Notes: generated by a model not told the origin, from the letters alone. 64,000 nucleotides of DNA from Clarias gariepinus (GCF_024256425.1 NC_071110.1:2252274-2316273); one strand, 5' to 3'; shown: positions 12,557 through 24,836, numbered from the stretch's first letter. Made by a program: numbers and translations.

Positions 12557-12724
12557 AGTCAATCTGATTGAAAAGGCTGTTCTTTAGAGTGTTAAGTGTC
12601 ACAAGTTAAACTAGAAGTTTTGAACCAAAAGCTATACTGTATGGTTCAAATTTTTGGTTTGTGAAATTACTAAATTTATTTAAACATTGACAACGTTCAT
12701 CATAAATTAGTAATTTGGTGGGAG

Positions 12725-13301
12725 TGTAAATGTCAGAGATGTGTGTGTTCATATTTATACAAAAATTCATTTATATTTGAGTTCATTTGTTTGTAAAATG
12801 CTTGATTCATTAATATGATAGTCATTGTCATAAAAAGGGTTGATGTTTCTTTAAGAAAATCCATACTTGAAGTAACAGGTCACTTGTTGTGCATGGAAAC
12901 CATGGCATTATGGGTAGTACATATATGAAGGCAGAAACGCACATGCTCTACAGCCTGAAAAGACAGACGTTTTATCTGCATGGTCTAAGGGCGCACACGG
13001 TAATTTATGTTTAACTCTGTTACATTGTGTGTTTAATTTTGTGTTCATATCTATTTATGTAACAGTGTTTGAAAATTGTGTACATTGAATCAAGTTTTGG
13101 ACACACGTGTACTTGTATGTCAGTGGACATTCAAATTGAGAGACTGTGAAAAGAGATGCATGTTTAAATATGCTTATGTTTGCCTTTTGTAGTTTTCACG
13201 GTGTCCGCTGAAGAGAGGGAGAGAGAGTCAGAGTTAAATAAACAGCAAAATGACATCAGTATGAAGCGTGGCTATCATTTTATTAGACCAGTGCAGCTAC
13301 A
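12725..13301 (+). repeat. 3' LTR (577 bp)
   Basis: It differs from the 5' LTR by two substitutions and one 1-bp indel, so identity is ~99.5%. It is preceded by a purine-rich GGTGGGAG (PPT-like). Confidence 0.8.
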
Positions 13302-15403
13302 AACATCTTTGTTGCTTCTGATTATTTCTCCTCTCACGACTTCTCCCTGTAATTATAGGGTGGTTTTCAGCTTAAACTCGTCTACACTCGTGCCTTGTAA
13401 GCCGAACGAGTCAGGCCTTAATCAGTCTGAGCTCGTTTACTATTTATAGAGCATTTTCCAATAAATTTAATATTACCTTTTGTTTCATTACGTATTGTAG
13501 GATTACAAATTTATAAAATGTTAAATCTAGCCTCCAACATAACAGTATATAAACTGAACAAGTTATGTACATTGGGTTTTACATTTTAAGGTAAAGTTGG
13601 TGACATTCTAAGAAGATCAAGTCTTGTACCCCAGGTGTCAGAGACATTAACCTTTTGTCTTTATGTACTTCCTGACCACTGGGTAGGGTCCCAAAGTCAA
13701 TGTGAATGCTAATCTCAAGGCCAGGCTATGCCTTTGTCTCTATGAGAATGTAAAGGTTTGGGTGATACTGTCAGGCTGATTAGATTAGCACCTATGCATT
13801 TAAAAGCCACTGTTATGCTGATGAGATCAGGGCTGGGGAACTTCCGTTACCAGGCTGACTCCTGTACTAGACTATGCTTTGTTTAGATTGTCTCCACCTC
13901 TTTGTATCCCTCCCTCTTGTAAAGTATAAACTCTCCAGAGCGACGTTTTTTCGGTCAGACTTTGATGACTACAGCGACGCTCGGCGAGTTCTCAATAAAG
14001 AGTCATTTCTGCTTGAATGATATCCCAACGTCTCCTGGTCTCTGAAAAAGTTCCCAACAGTATCATAAGCAACTCCATGTCTGGACATTGTCACAAGATC
14101 TTCCTGCCCTGTATACAGGATAAAGTGGTATAGGTGATAAGTGAGTGAGTAAGTGACTGAGAGTGGTAAAAAAAAAAAAAATTCTTACTTAAATAAACCT
14201 ATGCCGCTCATTTTAAAGTAAAATCATAATTTAGTCAGTAGCTCAGAGACAAGTTTTAAAATATACTGTAGCATACAACAGAAACAGTTTAATGATTTTC
14301 TTGTTCCATTTGTTTGCCCTAGCTGGTGTGTTGTTGTTTTTTGCTTTTAAACTAAATATTGGAAATAAAAATATCAGCAAAACAAGTTATCCTTACTTGT
14401 ACAGGCTCAGATACATATCCTACACATAAGTTAGTAAACTTTTAGGACATAAAGTGAAATATTTATGAGAAAGACAATATAAAAGTTTTGTGCGGATTGG
14501 TAAACGTTTGCTTGCACGGTAAACTGGAAGGACCAGAGTTATGCAATACCAGAGAAGAAAGAACACACAGGGATTAGTGTCTGTTATTAAGTGCATGACA
14601 TGACCGTGAAGCTATACAAGCTAATAGTCCTCATTAGTTATGCTTTAGCTAATGATGATGTATAAAATCTCAGGACTGACACAGATACACTGATGGTGCC
14701 TTAAACAAGATATTTAACCCTTAATCGTGCTACTGACTTAATTCTGCTTTTGGATAAATACTCAATACTGCCTGATGACTTTATGAAGGTAAAAAATGAC
14801 CTATTGGCCTTCTTTAAATTTACTCACTGTTTTGTGAATATGTAAATACATTTGATTTTATTTATTGGCTTGACATTGATTCAATTGTATCTTTTTTTTT
14901 TTTTGTTATTCCTCAATTTCAAATGTATAATATTTATGACACTCATACAAGTTAAACACCCAAAAAATAATGTGTAGTTTATAAGTGATTGAACAAAGCA
15001 CAAGGAAAGATGATACTTAAAGTCAACACTTCAATAGAGTTTGTGGCGTCAATTGCTGTGTGAATCAAGAGTGCAAAAGTTTGTGTAACTCTCAGACAAA
15101 ATGAAGATGATGCTTATTTGATTTAAGATTTCATTTATTTTCTTTTATTTTATATTTTTGTATTATTTTAGGAGATAATTGTGAAGCACTACGGTGCATT
15201 TTCTACAAACATTTGCATTTACCCATATTGCTCTGTCAGGTAAACAAAGTCCAAAGGTCTCCACCACTCCCTTCATTGTGCCATTGATTACGTTTCATGT
15301 AATGACAGCACACACTCACTCAAAGCAAACACACTGGCTATATAACCTCTGCTCTTTCTTTCTACTCTTCAGAAACTCTTAGAAAAAAAAAGCTCCTTCA
15401 GAA

Positions 15404-15952
15404 ATGAGGGAAGTCGCGCCGCTCCAGCCGGACCCGAGCCCTGATATGGAGGCTCAGCATAACTCACGCTGCACTGGTCCGAGTCTGGAGAACCAGATCC
15501 TCACCCAGGCCCCATTGTTCCTCCTCCAGCCTCCTTCATGGGCGAACCTGACCTTGTCATGTCCAGCTCTCCGTCCATCCAGCCTGTCCTCTACAGCCTC
15601 GTCCTCTTCTCTGCTGTCCACCTCATCCAGCCTGTCCTCTACAGCCTCGTCCTCTTCTCTGCTGTCCACTTCATCCAGCCTGTCCTCCACAGCCTTGTCC
15701 TCTACCCTTTTGTCCAGCCTGCTGTCCTCCTCTCTGCTCAGCACTGAGAACACTCAGTTGATTTCTAACCCCATTACTGGATCTTCTTTCTGCTCTTCCC
15801 AACCTCTGAGTTTACTGGTTCACAGCACAGCGCCACCCACTGGCCCAGAAGCTCATAAATGTCTCAGTGGTGATCCTGGAGAGACAAAAATAGAGGATGA
15901 TGAAGTGTGCTCCACTGATGATCTCTCGTCATACAGTGAGGAGCTAAATGAG
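15404..15952 (+). CDS. tep1: TEP1 first coding exon (ATG at 15404; S/L-rich N-terminal repeats)
   Basis: ORF from ATG to a GTATG donor at 15953, ending in phase 0. It contains a 48-bp (16-aa) tandem repeat of ~2.7 copies at 15586-15725. Mammalian TEP1 also begins with N-terminal tandem repeats. A 5' UTR exon further upstream is possible. Confidence 0.5.
15586..15725 (+). repeat. 48-bp tandem repeat (~2.7 copies) inside TEP1 exon 1, coding a 16-aa S/L-rich repeat
   Basis: tccagcctgtcctctacagcctcgtcctcttctctgctgtccac(c/t)tca occurs twice exactly, followed by a partial copy. It also creates the spurious antisense ORF 15454-15753. Confidence 0.8.
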
Positions 15953-17861
15953 GTATGTTTTTGCATCAGCTTTAATAATATCCTTAGAAGGTTTATGCAT
16001 TATTTTAAAGACAGGACAGGATTGCTTTTTATTTAAATGTGGGATCAGTGATTTCTTTCGAATTATTAAATTTCTTTTAACCTTTAACAAAATTCTTGCT
16101 AAAACTTCAAGCCACTTATAGTCCACATTCCACAAGGAGGCGTCTCTACTTGGATCTACTTTGGATTTATCTACACTGATTTTTTTTTTTTTCAAAACTA
16201 TGAAATAACATATAGAGCATTAGGCAATTAAGTAACAACAACAGCAACAGTTAGTTGTTATATTAAGACACGAAGGTCAGCTGTTCTGGAACAGTTCTTG
16301 CAAGACCAGTATTGTTAAGTGCATTTGCAAAACCCATCAAGCTCCATGACAAAACTGTCTCTTATGAAGACCTTTCCAAGACCAAAACTGAGCTCTGCTG
16401 CAGAGGAGAAGTTAATTTAGAGTCACCAGCCTCAGAAATCACCAATTAACAACCAGCACCTCAGATTAGAGCCGTTATGAAGCTTTACAGAGCAGAAGTA
16501 GCAGATATACATCTCAATATCAACTGTTCAGAGGAGATTATTGTGTATTTTGGGCGCCCTTTTGGATTGCTCTACAAAGAAATAAAAAACAGGAAAGACC
16601 ATGGATTTATAGGAAGTTTTGAATGGTAGTACAAGTCAACTATTATTATCAACATGTTGCTCCTGAAAATAAAAAGGTCACCTTGATGTAACCACAAGTA
16701 ATGAAACATAACCATTTGTTTCTTTATATTATAGTACCATGAAGTTGTTTGGGATTAATGATACATTTATCACTAGTATCAAGACATTGCTTCAGAGTAT
16801 TATAACATCACTTTGTAGTAATAACTTGCGCTGTAGTATCATTAAGTTGCTTCAGAGAATAATAAGTTATTTTTGAGCTATGATGCCAGCAGTACAAATA
16901 TATTGCTTTTTTGGGTTATGATGTATTGCTCAGGTGTACCAGTAAGGCACTCAGAAGTACCAATAATTCTTTCCAGTGTATTATTATTTTCCTCTGGAGT
17001 AATTATATAATTCAATGAATCATTCTGAAGTCAATCTGGAGTAATGATAATTTGCTCAGTACAAAAATTTAGTTACTTATACTGGTGCCATGATATGAAC
17101 AAAATTAGAATTTGTTTTGGAGTATTATATTTCTTAGTTGTTTCCCAGAAGTAACACTAAGTATGCTTTCTGAAATACTGTTGGGTCAACCCAGAGTCCC
17201 TGTTAGTCATGCTACATGTCTAATTTCCATCTGAGTAACTATACTCAGACTATAAATAGACTGAATTAAACTAACTATAAGTCACTCTTGAACAACCCTG
17301 TCTGCTTCTTCTAAATCGCTTCCATTCAGAGAACTGAAAATATTAATAATATAATATGTCATAAAACCAAATATTATAACAGTTGCAAATAAAAAAGGCC
17401 ACACACAGTGCATCTATCCCAGGTTTAAAGAGTGAAATAATTTGTTATCCAATTAGTGTTAATTTTGTCAACAAAAATAATGATGAAAAATATTTGTTGT
17501 AGACATTATTTCCTGGGACTAAGACGAGACGTCAGGGACATTAGTGAACAATAACAGTGATGAAAGCAGCATGCAATATCGGCTACGAAAAAGGACGAGA
17601 CTAAAATGTGGTTTAAAAAATAAAAAAAATACAGTGTAACCTTGGAATACGAGCATAATTCGTTCCGGGAAGCGGGCTTGTATTTCAAAACACTTGTTAA
17701 TCAAATTGAATTGTCCAATAAGAAATAATGGAAACTCAAATTATTTGTTCCACAACCCAAAAAAAAAAAAAAAAAACTACACAAAATATAAAGAAAAAAA
17801 ATTAAACAAATTAACCTTTACTTTTGAAAAGAATCGCAACAGAGCAGTGTTTCCATTAGAA

Positions 17862-17865
<4 letters not shown>

Positions 17866-17905
<40 letters not shown>
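17866..17905. repeat. (GT)n microsatellite
   Basis: gtgtgt run. Confidence 0.9.
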
Positions 17906-17909
<4 letters not shown>

Positions 17910-18099
17910 CAAGGGGAGGAGAGGAGGAGGGGTGTTTGTTTGTGAAGGCAAGAGGAGGTGTGTATGTGTGTGAAGGGACACGGTGTCCAATGACAAAGTG
18001 CAGGCTGATACAGAGAGGGAGAGAGAAAAGGGATCTTTAACCTCTCTAATAAGAAGGTGGATAATTATACCAGTAAGAGATATGCACTAAGACCCAGCG

Positions 18100-18250
18100 G
18101 GGAGACGATTACCCACAATGCCGCAGCACAAGAGAGAGAAAAGCCGTTGGCTCGGTTGTGATCAAGTGAGGCTTGGATTTTTATAAAAAATCTTTGCTCA
18201 TCTTGCGGAACACTCGCAAACCTTGTTACTCGCAATCCGAGGTTTCACTG
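18100..18250. repeat. Dispersed repeat family (...ctcgcaaaccttgttactcgcaatccgaggtttcactgta...)
   Basis: Related copies lie at 50290-50350, 56040-56135 (inverted) and 17630-17690. The sub-part cccacaat(g/c)ccg(c/t)agcac(a/g)a(a)gagagaaaagcc(g/a)ttg also occurs at 2938-2975. Confidence 0.5.
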
Positions 18251-18711
18251 TATGTGTGACTGTTTCATATATGTGTATACCAGTGTTTCATGTGTGTGTG
18301 CGCATATGTAAAGTTTCATTAAAATAAATATAAATAGCTGAAAACATCATATGAAAAGATAAACTTAAGATAATTATTTTGTGAAAAATGTTTAAAAAAA
18401 AAGGGTATTAGATTGGCTATAGGGTTAATTAATAATAATCTTATTGCAAAAAAGATTATGTATTCATTGACTAAAACTAGACAAAAATACTTAAAGGTTC
18501 CTTTGACTGAAGCTAGACTAAAATGTCCAGACTTTTAGTCAACTAAAACTTGACTAAACAAAAATAGTATAAGATCCACATAAGAACAACATCCTTTATA
18601 ATAATATTATTTCTGCTTAATATTGCATGTAGTTTTTAATGTGATTGATTATAAGAATCTCGATTACATGCAATATAAGAGTGTGTGAAGTCTGTATCTG
18701 TGCTTTTAAAG

Positions 18712-18879
18712 TCCTCGGCTCATGAGGAACAGATGGAGAGTGACGGTGAGTCCCCAGCTGAGATTCCTGTCCTGAGGCTGAATGAGGAGGAGGAGAAGCA
18801 GACGCTTGAGCTGGATGAAGGGTTTGGAGAGTTCGACTCTGGATCAAATGAAGCTGAAGAATTACTGAAGGAAAAGAAG
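18712..18879 (+). CDS. tep1: TEP1 exon 2
   Basis: AG acceptor and GT donor, phase 0/0. Encodes SSAHEEQMESDGESPAEIPVLRLNEEEEKQTLELDEGFGEFDSGSNEAEELLKEKK, resembling human TEP1 ...EEKKGAETQMPS...SGDSES...LQEKK. Confidence 0.6.
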
Positions 18880-19118
18880 GTGGTTTTATACATTTTATTC
18901 TTTTCAGTTTATCTCATTTTAAAAAAACAGAATTTTTGACTCTCATAGTTTTACGCAAGACCCTCCTGTGAGTTGTCTATAGTTTTCTACTGACCCTTTT
19001 GAGCTCTTTAATGCTCTACCATCTACCTCAAAATGAGAATGTGACTAACAACTGGTATTTGCTCTACACAAGACAATCAAGCTGTTTATTTTACTCTGCA
19101 TGTGATTTCTACAATCAG

Positions 19119-19268
19119 TACAAGCTGCTGAATTTGGTCTGCTGCTCCCTGGTCCATAAAAGCCAATCTCCAGGCCAGGTGGACTGGGATAAAGAAGGGA
19201 GTGTGTGGAGTGAAATAAAACTCCTGGGTACCGACATCACCCTGAGCGACCCTGAGTTCCTGCTTAAG
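19119..19268 (+). CDS. tep1: TEP1 exon 3
   Basis: Encodes YKLLNLVCCSLV...SDPEFLLK, matching human MALLSLLCSTLV...EPEFILK. Phase 0/0. Confidence 0.65.
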
Positions 19269-19425
19269 GTATGCTTAAGGTGGTGTGTGTGTGTGCGCGC
19301 ATGTGTGCGTGTGTGTGTGGTGTCTGAGATGTGTCCATAGGGGATGTACTTCATGTTTTTTTGTCTTTAAGATATCTTCAGTTAGTTAAAATTTAAAAAT
19401 TTAAATTTCTGTTTATAACCACCAG

Positions 19426-19590
19426 GTGGCTGTTTACACCAGACAGGAACTAAACATCCGCGTCACAGCCAACTTCCTGCTCGCCCTCGCTGCTTACCTG
19501 CCCAACTCTAAATCACACCTGAGGAGGTATTTCTGCTCCGCCGTGCGGCTGCCGTCCGATTGGCTGGAAGTGACGAGGATATACAGCACG
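19426..19590 (+). CDS. tep1: TEP1 exon 4 (TROVE domain start)
   Basis: Encodes VAVYTRQELNIRVTANFLLALAAYLPNSKSHLRRYFCSAVRLPSDWLEVTRIYST, matching human ...YARQQLNVRNVANNILAIAAFLP..HLRRYFCAIVQLPSDWIQVAELYQS. Confidence 0.75.
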
Positions 19591-21719
19591 GTATGCTGGG
19601 AGTGTTCATTAGAACATATATTTATTTATTTTTTGTTTTGTTTTCTCTGGCTGATGTTAGTCAGTGACCTTTTTGCAGATTCTTTTTAACAACCTATAAA
19701 ATTCATATGGTATTCAGGGAGTGTTATGGAACCACACAATATGGTTTAATGTTATATGCGCAATGCAATAAACAGTTGCTTCGTATGAATGTGAAAAACT
19801 TGATTTGATTTTATAATATGAGATGCATTAAGCGAGTCATGAGCAATGGTAGAGAAAGTGGAGCACTTTGTCATTTTATTCAGAGACTAGTCCTGGGTAG
19901 AGGTAGCTGCAGTAGACATGAGTGGACTAATAAGACATGAGTGGGCTAAAGACACGGATGCCTGAACACAGCAACACAACTGTGCATGCAGTGTTTTAAA
20001 GTGTTGTTTTATATTAGGACATTGACTGCACCATTCTTAAAAAGTTTCTCCTACAAGTTTCTCTAAATGGACAAAATGTGTATTGTCTTATTCTGAACAA
20101 AGTTAAATTAAAAATAAAATTCTGCCAGTAAAAACAGGTTAATCTAATCTCTCAGAAATGCACATCACCAGCACTGTATATTAATGTAGTAGGTTACATT
20201 ACTATTAAAAATGTATGCTGGTTGAAAAGTCTCAAGACTCCATGAGGAAATTAGGCTCGAAGCTCACATGCAATAAAAGCCATCCGTGCAACGGCTCAAC
20301 GTGTACACGTCATAATTTTTTAATTTTATTTTATTGCTTATTTGTCAGACCTTGTCACATGAATGAACTGTGATTAATCAGATTTTTTGGAATGGCCTAG
20401 TCAAAGTCTGGACCTTCGATCAAGATACTCGGGTATGACCTTAAACAAGCATCCATGCTCGAAAACCCTCCAGTGTGGCTGATTTAAAACAATAAAGAGC
20501 AAATGAGAGTGGGCCAGAATTCCTCCACAGTGTATGAAAGTCTCATAGACAGTTATTGCAAACACTCGATAGCAGTTGTTGCCACCAAGGGTGCCACAAT
20601 CAGTTATTAGGTTTAGGTGGCAATTACTTTCTCACATAGGGGCAGTTTTGTTTGGAAAGCTTTCTACCTTAAAAAATCATTTAAACTGCATTTTGTATTT
20701 ACTCTGCTTATCTTTGTACAATAGTTTAAAATTATGTCGGAGGCATGAGGATGCAGTCCGAGTGTTGAATCATCGAAGCTGTGATGATATCCAGCACAAC
20801 AGCACAACCTTGAGCCTGATATTGCTTTTATATAGTTTCACAAACACCATTTATTAACTATTATTTGTTATCAAGGATCAGTTTATTTATTTACCCAGTT
20901 ATTTCGCTTCATCACTACGTATCCTTACACAGCTAATTGAACTAACTAACTATCTAACAGTTAGTGACCAACAGTTCGTGTGAAGGTAGTTTTAAATTCT
21001 TACCAAAAGTATGTAACCAAAAAGTAAAGGGAATAAAACAGGTGGTGGACAGTCCTGCAGATCTCATAAGTATCTTTTTATATTTCCACTTATTCCGCTT
21101 TAGAGAGTCCAATTCCGTTAACTTTCGTAAAAAAAAAGTGCAGTATGTAAGGGGTAAAATCTTTTGTTCCACACACCAAGTAGTGCCTTTGATGTTTGAG
21201 AGGGATTTTGGATTCAACCTTGTTTGGAAGCTGGTTATCTTTGTGGCCCACCTTAGGCATGCATAAAATATAATGGAGGCGATTCGGAATGACTTAGAAG
21301 TGATTACTAATGATACAGTGTCTTAAGGTGACATAACGTTATCAGATGTGTATTCTTGTTAAAAGTGTTTTTGTGACTGCTTTTGAATGGTGGTTTTGGC
21401 AGGCAGCTGTTCTCTCCTCAATACTGTGGACTGTGTACACTTACTGTTACCCACGCTGTGACTGAGAGTTAGTGTAATTAACAATTATTAGAACACACGT
21501 GACATGGAGTGATACATACAGTAAAATATCCTAGTGCTGTAACTGTCTATTATCTCAACCTGTGGAATGGCTCATGTCCAATCAGATTACTCAGTCATAC
21601 AGTAACTAACTGTTATAGTACAGTATAGTATAGTACAGTATAGTATAGTATAGTCTTATACTCTAAAATCTGTAGTGTCAGTGTTTTACTGAGTTCTGTT
21701 TCTTTTCTTGTGGTTTCAG

Positions 21720-21857
21720 TGTTTCAGCAGGTCTCTGCCTTCAGGTCTGAAAAAAGCTCTTGCTGACAAATTCAAGCAGTTCAGCGAGTATCAGCTGGCC
21801 AAGTACAACACGTGCAAACACCGCTGTAAACACATCAAGAACAAAGGCAAAGCAATG
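21720..21857 (+). CDS. tep1: TEP1 exon 5
   Basis: Encodes ...LKKALADKFKQFSEYQLAKYNTCKHRCKHIKNKGKAM, matching human TDKFAQFDEYQLAKYNPRKHRAKRH. Phase 0/0. Confidence 0.7.
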
Positions 21858-21935
21858 GTACACACACAGACACACACACATATCCATTAATATTCCTGTT
21901 CAGATCATTGTTTTACTAATGTTGAGTCCCAACGA

Positions 21936-21959
21936 CTGTGTGTCTGTGTGTGTGTGTGT

Positions 21960-21991
<32 letters not shown>
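21936..21991. repeat. (GT)n microsatellite abutting the exon 6 acceptor
   Basis: gtgtgt run ending ...gtgtacacag|GAG. Confidence 0.9.
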
Positions 21992-21997
21992 ACACAG

Positions 21998-22069
21998 GAG
22001 TTGTCCCCTGAGAAATGGAATGAATGGGCCAAGCTCCTTGCAGCAGAACCTTGTACTCTTAAGGGATAT
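21998..22069 (+). CDS. tep1: TEP1 exon 6
   Basis: AG/GT flanked, 24 codons (ELSPEKWNEWAKLLAAEPCTLKGY). It keeps phase but is weakly conserved. Confidence 0.45.
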
Positions 22070-22662
22070 GTGAGTGTGTTCCTCGTTTCTTTTCTGAGAT
22101 CTGCCTGGATGTTTAGTTCATTATGTTTCATTATGTTTCCTGATTGGTTGGTTAAAGTCTGTGGCTGTTGCATACAAATAAAAGGTTAGATTAGTTTAGA
22201 TTAGATTTTACTATATTATCATTGTGCAAAGTTTATACTGTAAACTAAGCCAATGAAATGCAATCAGCAACTCCCAAGTCAAGTCAAGTGGCTTTTATTG
22301 TCATTTCAACCCTACAGTTGGTCCTACATATAACATAAATTAACAACATAAATTAACAAAACTAACTTGCTAACTAAGACGTAAGTTGACTAGCTGAAAC
22401 ATTTTTAAAACAGATTAGCACTATTAAGTAACAAGGACTGTTTAAGTACTAAATACAGTAGTACTATTTGAAAAAGACAACATAAAGTCCACGTGCAAAC
22501 AGAGCGACAGCACGACAACATGACATAATCAAATACTGTTATAATGAGGTAATGAGATGAGAAACCGTAAACATTTCTTGTTAAATAGCAGCGAAGATAG
22601 AAACGAGTTCTTGTGGAAATAACAGGTAATAAATATTGTACAAAAAGCACAATAACCAGACT

Positions 22663-22717
22663 ATCCATCCATCCATCCATCCATCCATCCATCCATCCAT
22701 CCATCCATCCATCCATG
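22663..22717. repeat. (CCAT)n microsatellite
   Basis: ccatccatccat... run. Confidence 0.9.
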
Positions 22718-22863
22718 TCTCTCTGTCCATCCATCCTTCCAAATGTCAAACTATAAAAGTACTTTTTAAAATATTTAAATAAAACCAAATGTTGGTTTGT
22801 CTTTGGTTTGTGTGTGTGCGTGTATGTGTATGCGTGTCTCTGTGTGTGTGTGTGTGGCTTTAG

Positions 22864-22985
22864 CTAAAATTGGACCAGCGACAATCAGTGGATAAACAAC
22901 AAAAAGAGTTTAACATGAAGAAGCTGATAAAACAACTCCACATTAAAGAGCCGGCAGAGTCGGTCATGAGCATCCTCGGGAAAAA
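22864..22985 (+). CDS. tep1: TEP1 exon 7
   Basis: Encodes ...KKLIKQLHIKEPAESVMSILGKK, matching human KKLVQRLHIHKPAQHVQALLGYR. Ends in phase 2. Confidence 0.6.
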
Positions 22986-23473
22986 GTACGTACTGTAGTG
23001 CTGTGAGTCACACACATGAATTGCAGTCAGGTTTAGTCAGAATTTTAAAGTCAGGTTCAGCAAAAGCAGTCAAAAGTAATAACATGTAGAACACAAAAAC
23101 AGAAGCTCACTGAGACTTTACAGGACAGTAAGTTATAGAAACTAATTGAGAGAAAACACAGAAGAGTTGAAGATCTTGGAGAGAGAGAACCCAGTCACAG
23201 GAAGGGGGTGAGGATGAGAATGAAACACACTCATAGATCCAAACCCAGGGCACGGGCCATAACGGGGATCATGATGTGAGAACCAGGAAATACATCATAT
23301 CATATGTTTTATTTATTAAATATAAAGAGATGGACAAGGAGACGCATGAATACCGAATATCATTACAGAATAAAATACTTTAGAGACACCATCATGGAGA
23401 TTTAGCTGCAGTTGTGTTGAAAAGGGTTTATTAAAGAAGCGATCCAAAGTGAAAGAAATGTGTTAAATTACAG

Positions 23474-23631
23474 GTACCCGGCGGACGTGAGGGCGTTCTG
23501 GCGCAGCGGGCTCAGTGGGGTGTGGCAGAGTGAAAGAGCCAATCAGAGGATGAAACTGAAGCAGCCGGACACGTGGGAGACGCTGCTGAGTCAGAAAGGA
23601 AACAGCGCCACCACCTGGGAAAAACTCATAG
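23474..23631 (+). CDS. tep1: TEP1 exon 8
   Basis: Encodes YPADVRAFWRSG...MKLKQPDTWETLLSQKGNSATTWEKLI, matching human YPSN...RMKLSRPETWERELSLRGNKASVWEELI. Confidence 0.65.
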
Positions 23632-24147
23632 GTCTGAATAATCATTTCTCTGTCTATCTTTTTGATACATTATTTTTTTCATTTATTAAAGAACAGTCTA
23701 TTATACTTTTATCCATTTGTTTAGGAGCCTGTTCTCTACAGCAGGTATAAACAGTCTTTCCCTTCCCAACCTCTCTTCTTTTTTCCCTCTTAAAGTTAAT
23801 AAGACAAAAAAAGCTTTTGCCCTGAAGCTGACTGACAAGTCATTAGTGCTCTCACACTGGAGACTCCTTCTGTAAATGTTAATTTAACATCTCCTTACAG
23901 ATAATCTCACCATATGACAAATAAAACATGCTTTTTAATTCATTTATATGTAGCCTCCACTGTACACGTCCCTGTGAATGAGCTGTAACTATAGAAACCA
24001 TAACCATAAACAAGAACATTACCATAAACCTGTGAACTGCAGCTGCTCTACCATCAGAGCTGCTGTTATAAAGAGTTAATCAACACCTTTCTGATCAAAC
24101 CGAATCCAGAACTCGTGCCTAACCTGAAGTGTGCTGTGTGTTTATAG

Positions 24148-24256
24148 ATAATAACTCTCTGCCCTTCATGGCGATGCTGAGGAACCTGAGGAACATGATC
24201 ACAAAGGGGATCAGCCTCAAACACCACGAGATGATCCTCAAACGACTCAGCTCAAA

Positions 24257-24257
<1 letters not shown>
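24148..24257 (+). CDS. tep1: TEP1 exon 9 (TROVE)
   Basis: Encodes DNNSLPFMAMLRNLRNMITKGISLKHHEMILKRLSSK, matching human NGKLPFMAMLRNLCNLLRVGISSRHHELILQRLQHAK. Confidence 0.75.
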
Positions 24258-24292
<35 letters not shown>

Positions 24293-24358
24293 ACTCTATG
24301 TATGTATAGGTATTTATTCTGATGCATATTAATGAGGTGTGTGTGTTTGTGGTCTCAG

Positions 24359-24437
24359 TCGGCTGTGATTCAGAGCAGACAGTTCCCTTTTCGCTTCCTG
24401 TCAGCGTATAAAGTCATCATGGAGCTCAATAAGTTGG
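24359..24437 (+). CDS. tep1: TEP1 exon 10 (TROVE)
   Basis: Encodes SAVIQSRQFPFRFLSAYKVIMELNKL, matching human SVIHSRQFPFRFLNAHDAIDALEAQL. Confidence 0.75.
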
Positions 24438-24836
24438 GTAAGAATTATTGTAAATGATAAAATAATGAAGCAGTTAATCTGAAAAAAAATCACAAAATCA
24501 TCTTTGCATGACTGTTTATAATTTTTTATTTAACTTCATTAAAAGTACAGTACCTAAGTACAAACATAGGGATAATTAACATTCTTAGTCATATTTTATA
24601 CAAATGTATTTTTTTTATTCTCGACACCTATCCGACCCGTCCTATTATGAAGTTATTTAGGCCAGTCACCAACATTGCACTCAGATTCACTCATGATCAT
24701 GTCTATTTTTATCTCTGGCATAATGCCAGCCTCTCACATCATCCACATGTGTATTTTTGAATAAAAAAAAAAATTAGAATTTAAATTTTTTTTCATCCTA
24801 ACTCCTCACGCTCCTTTGTGTTTTGCTCTTCTTCAG

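Larger units (their letters stand above)
5468..13301 (+). mobile_element. Full-length BEL/Pao-type LTR retrotransposon, structurally intact
   Basis: Two near-identical direct LTRs (TG...CA) flank a single 6 kb gag-pol ORF. Domain order is Gag-CCHC, PR, RT, RNase H, IN. Total length is ~7.8 kb, typical of BEL/Pao. A 5-bp TSD flanks the element. Confidence 0.8.

Noticed and set aside
7369-12602. Numerous 60-140-aa antisense ORFs inside the retrotransposon gag-pol (e.g. 7369-7689, 9976-10395, 12058-12447)
   Set aside because: They lie opposite a long, domain-rich sense ORF and have no recognisable motifs. They are ordinary chance antisense ORFs.
15454-15753. Antisense ORF (99 aa, EDRLDEVDSREEDEAVEDRLDEVDSREEDE...) and alternative-frame ORF 15538-15747
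   Set aside because: They are artefacts of the 48-bp tandem repeat in TEP1 exon 1. Periodic sequence keeps all frames open.
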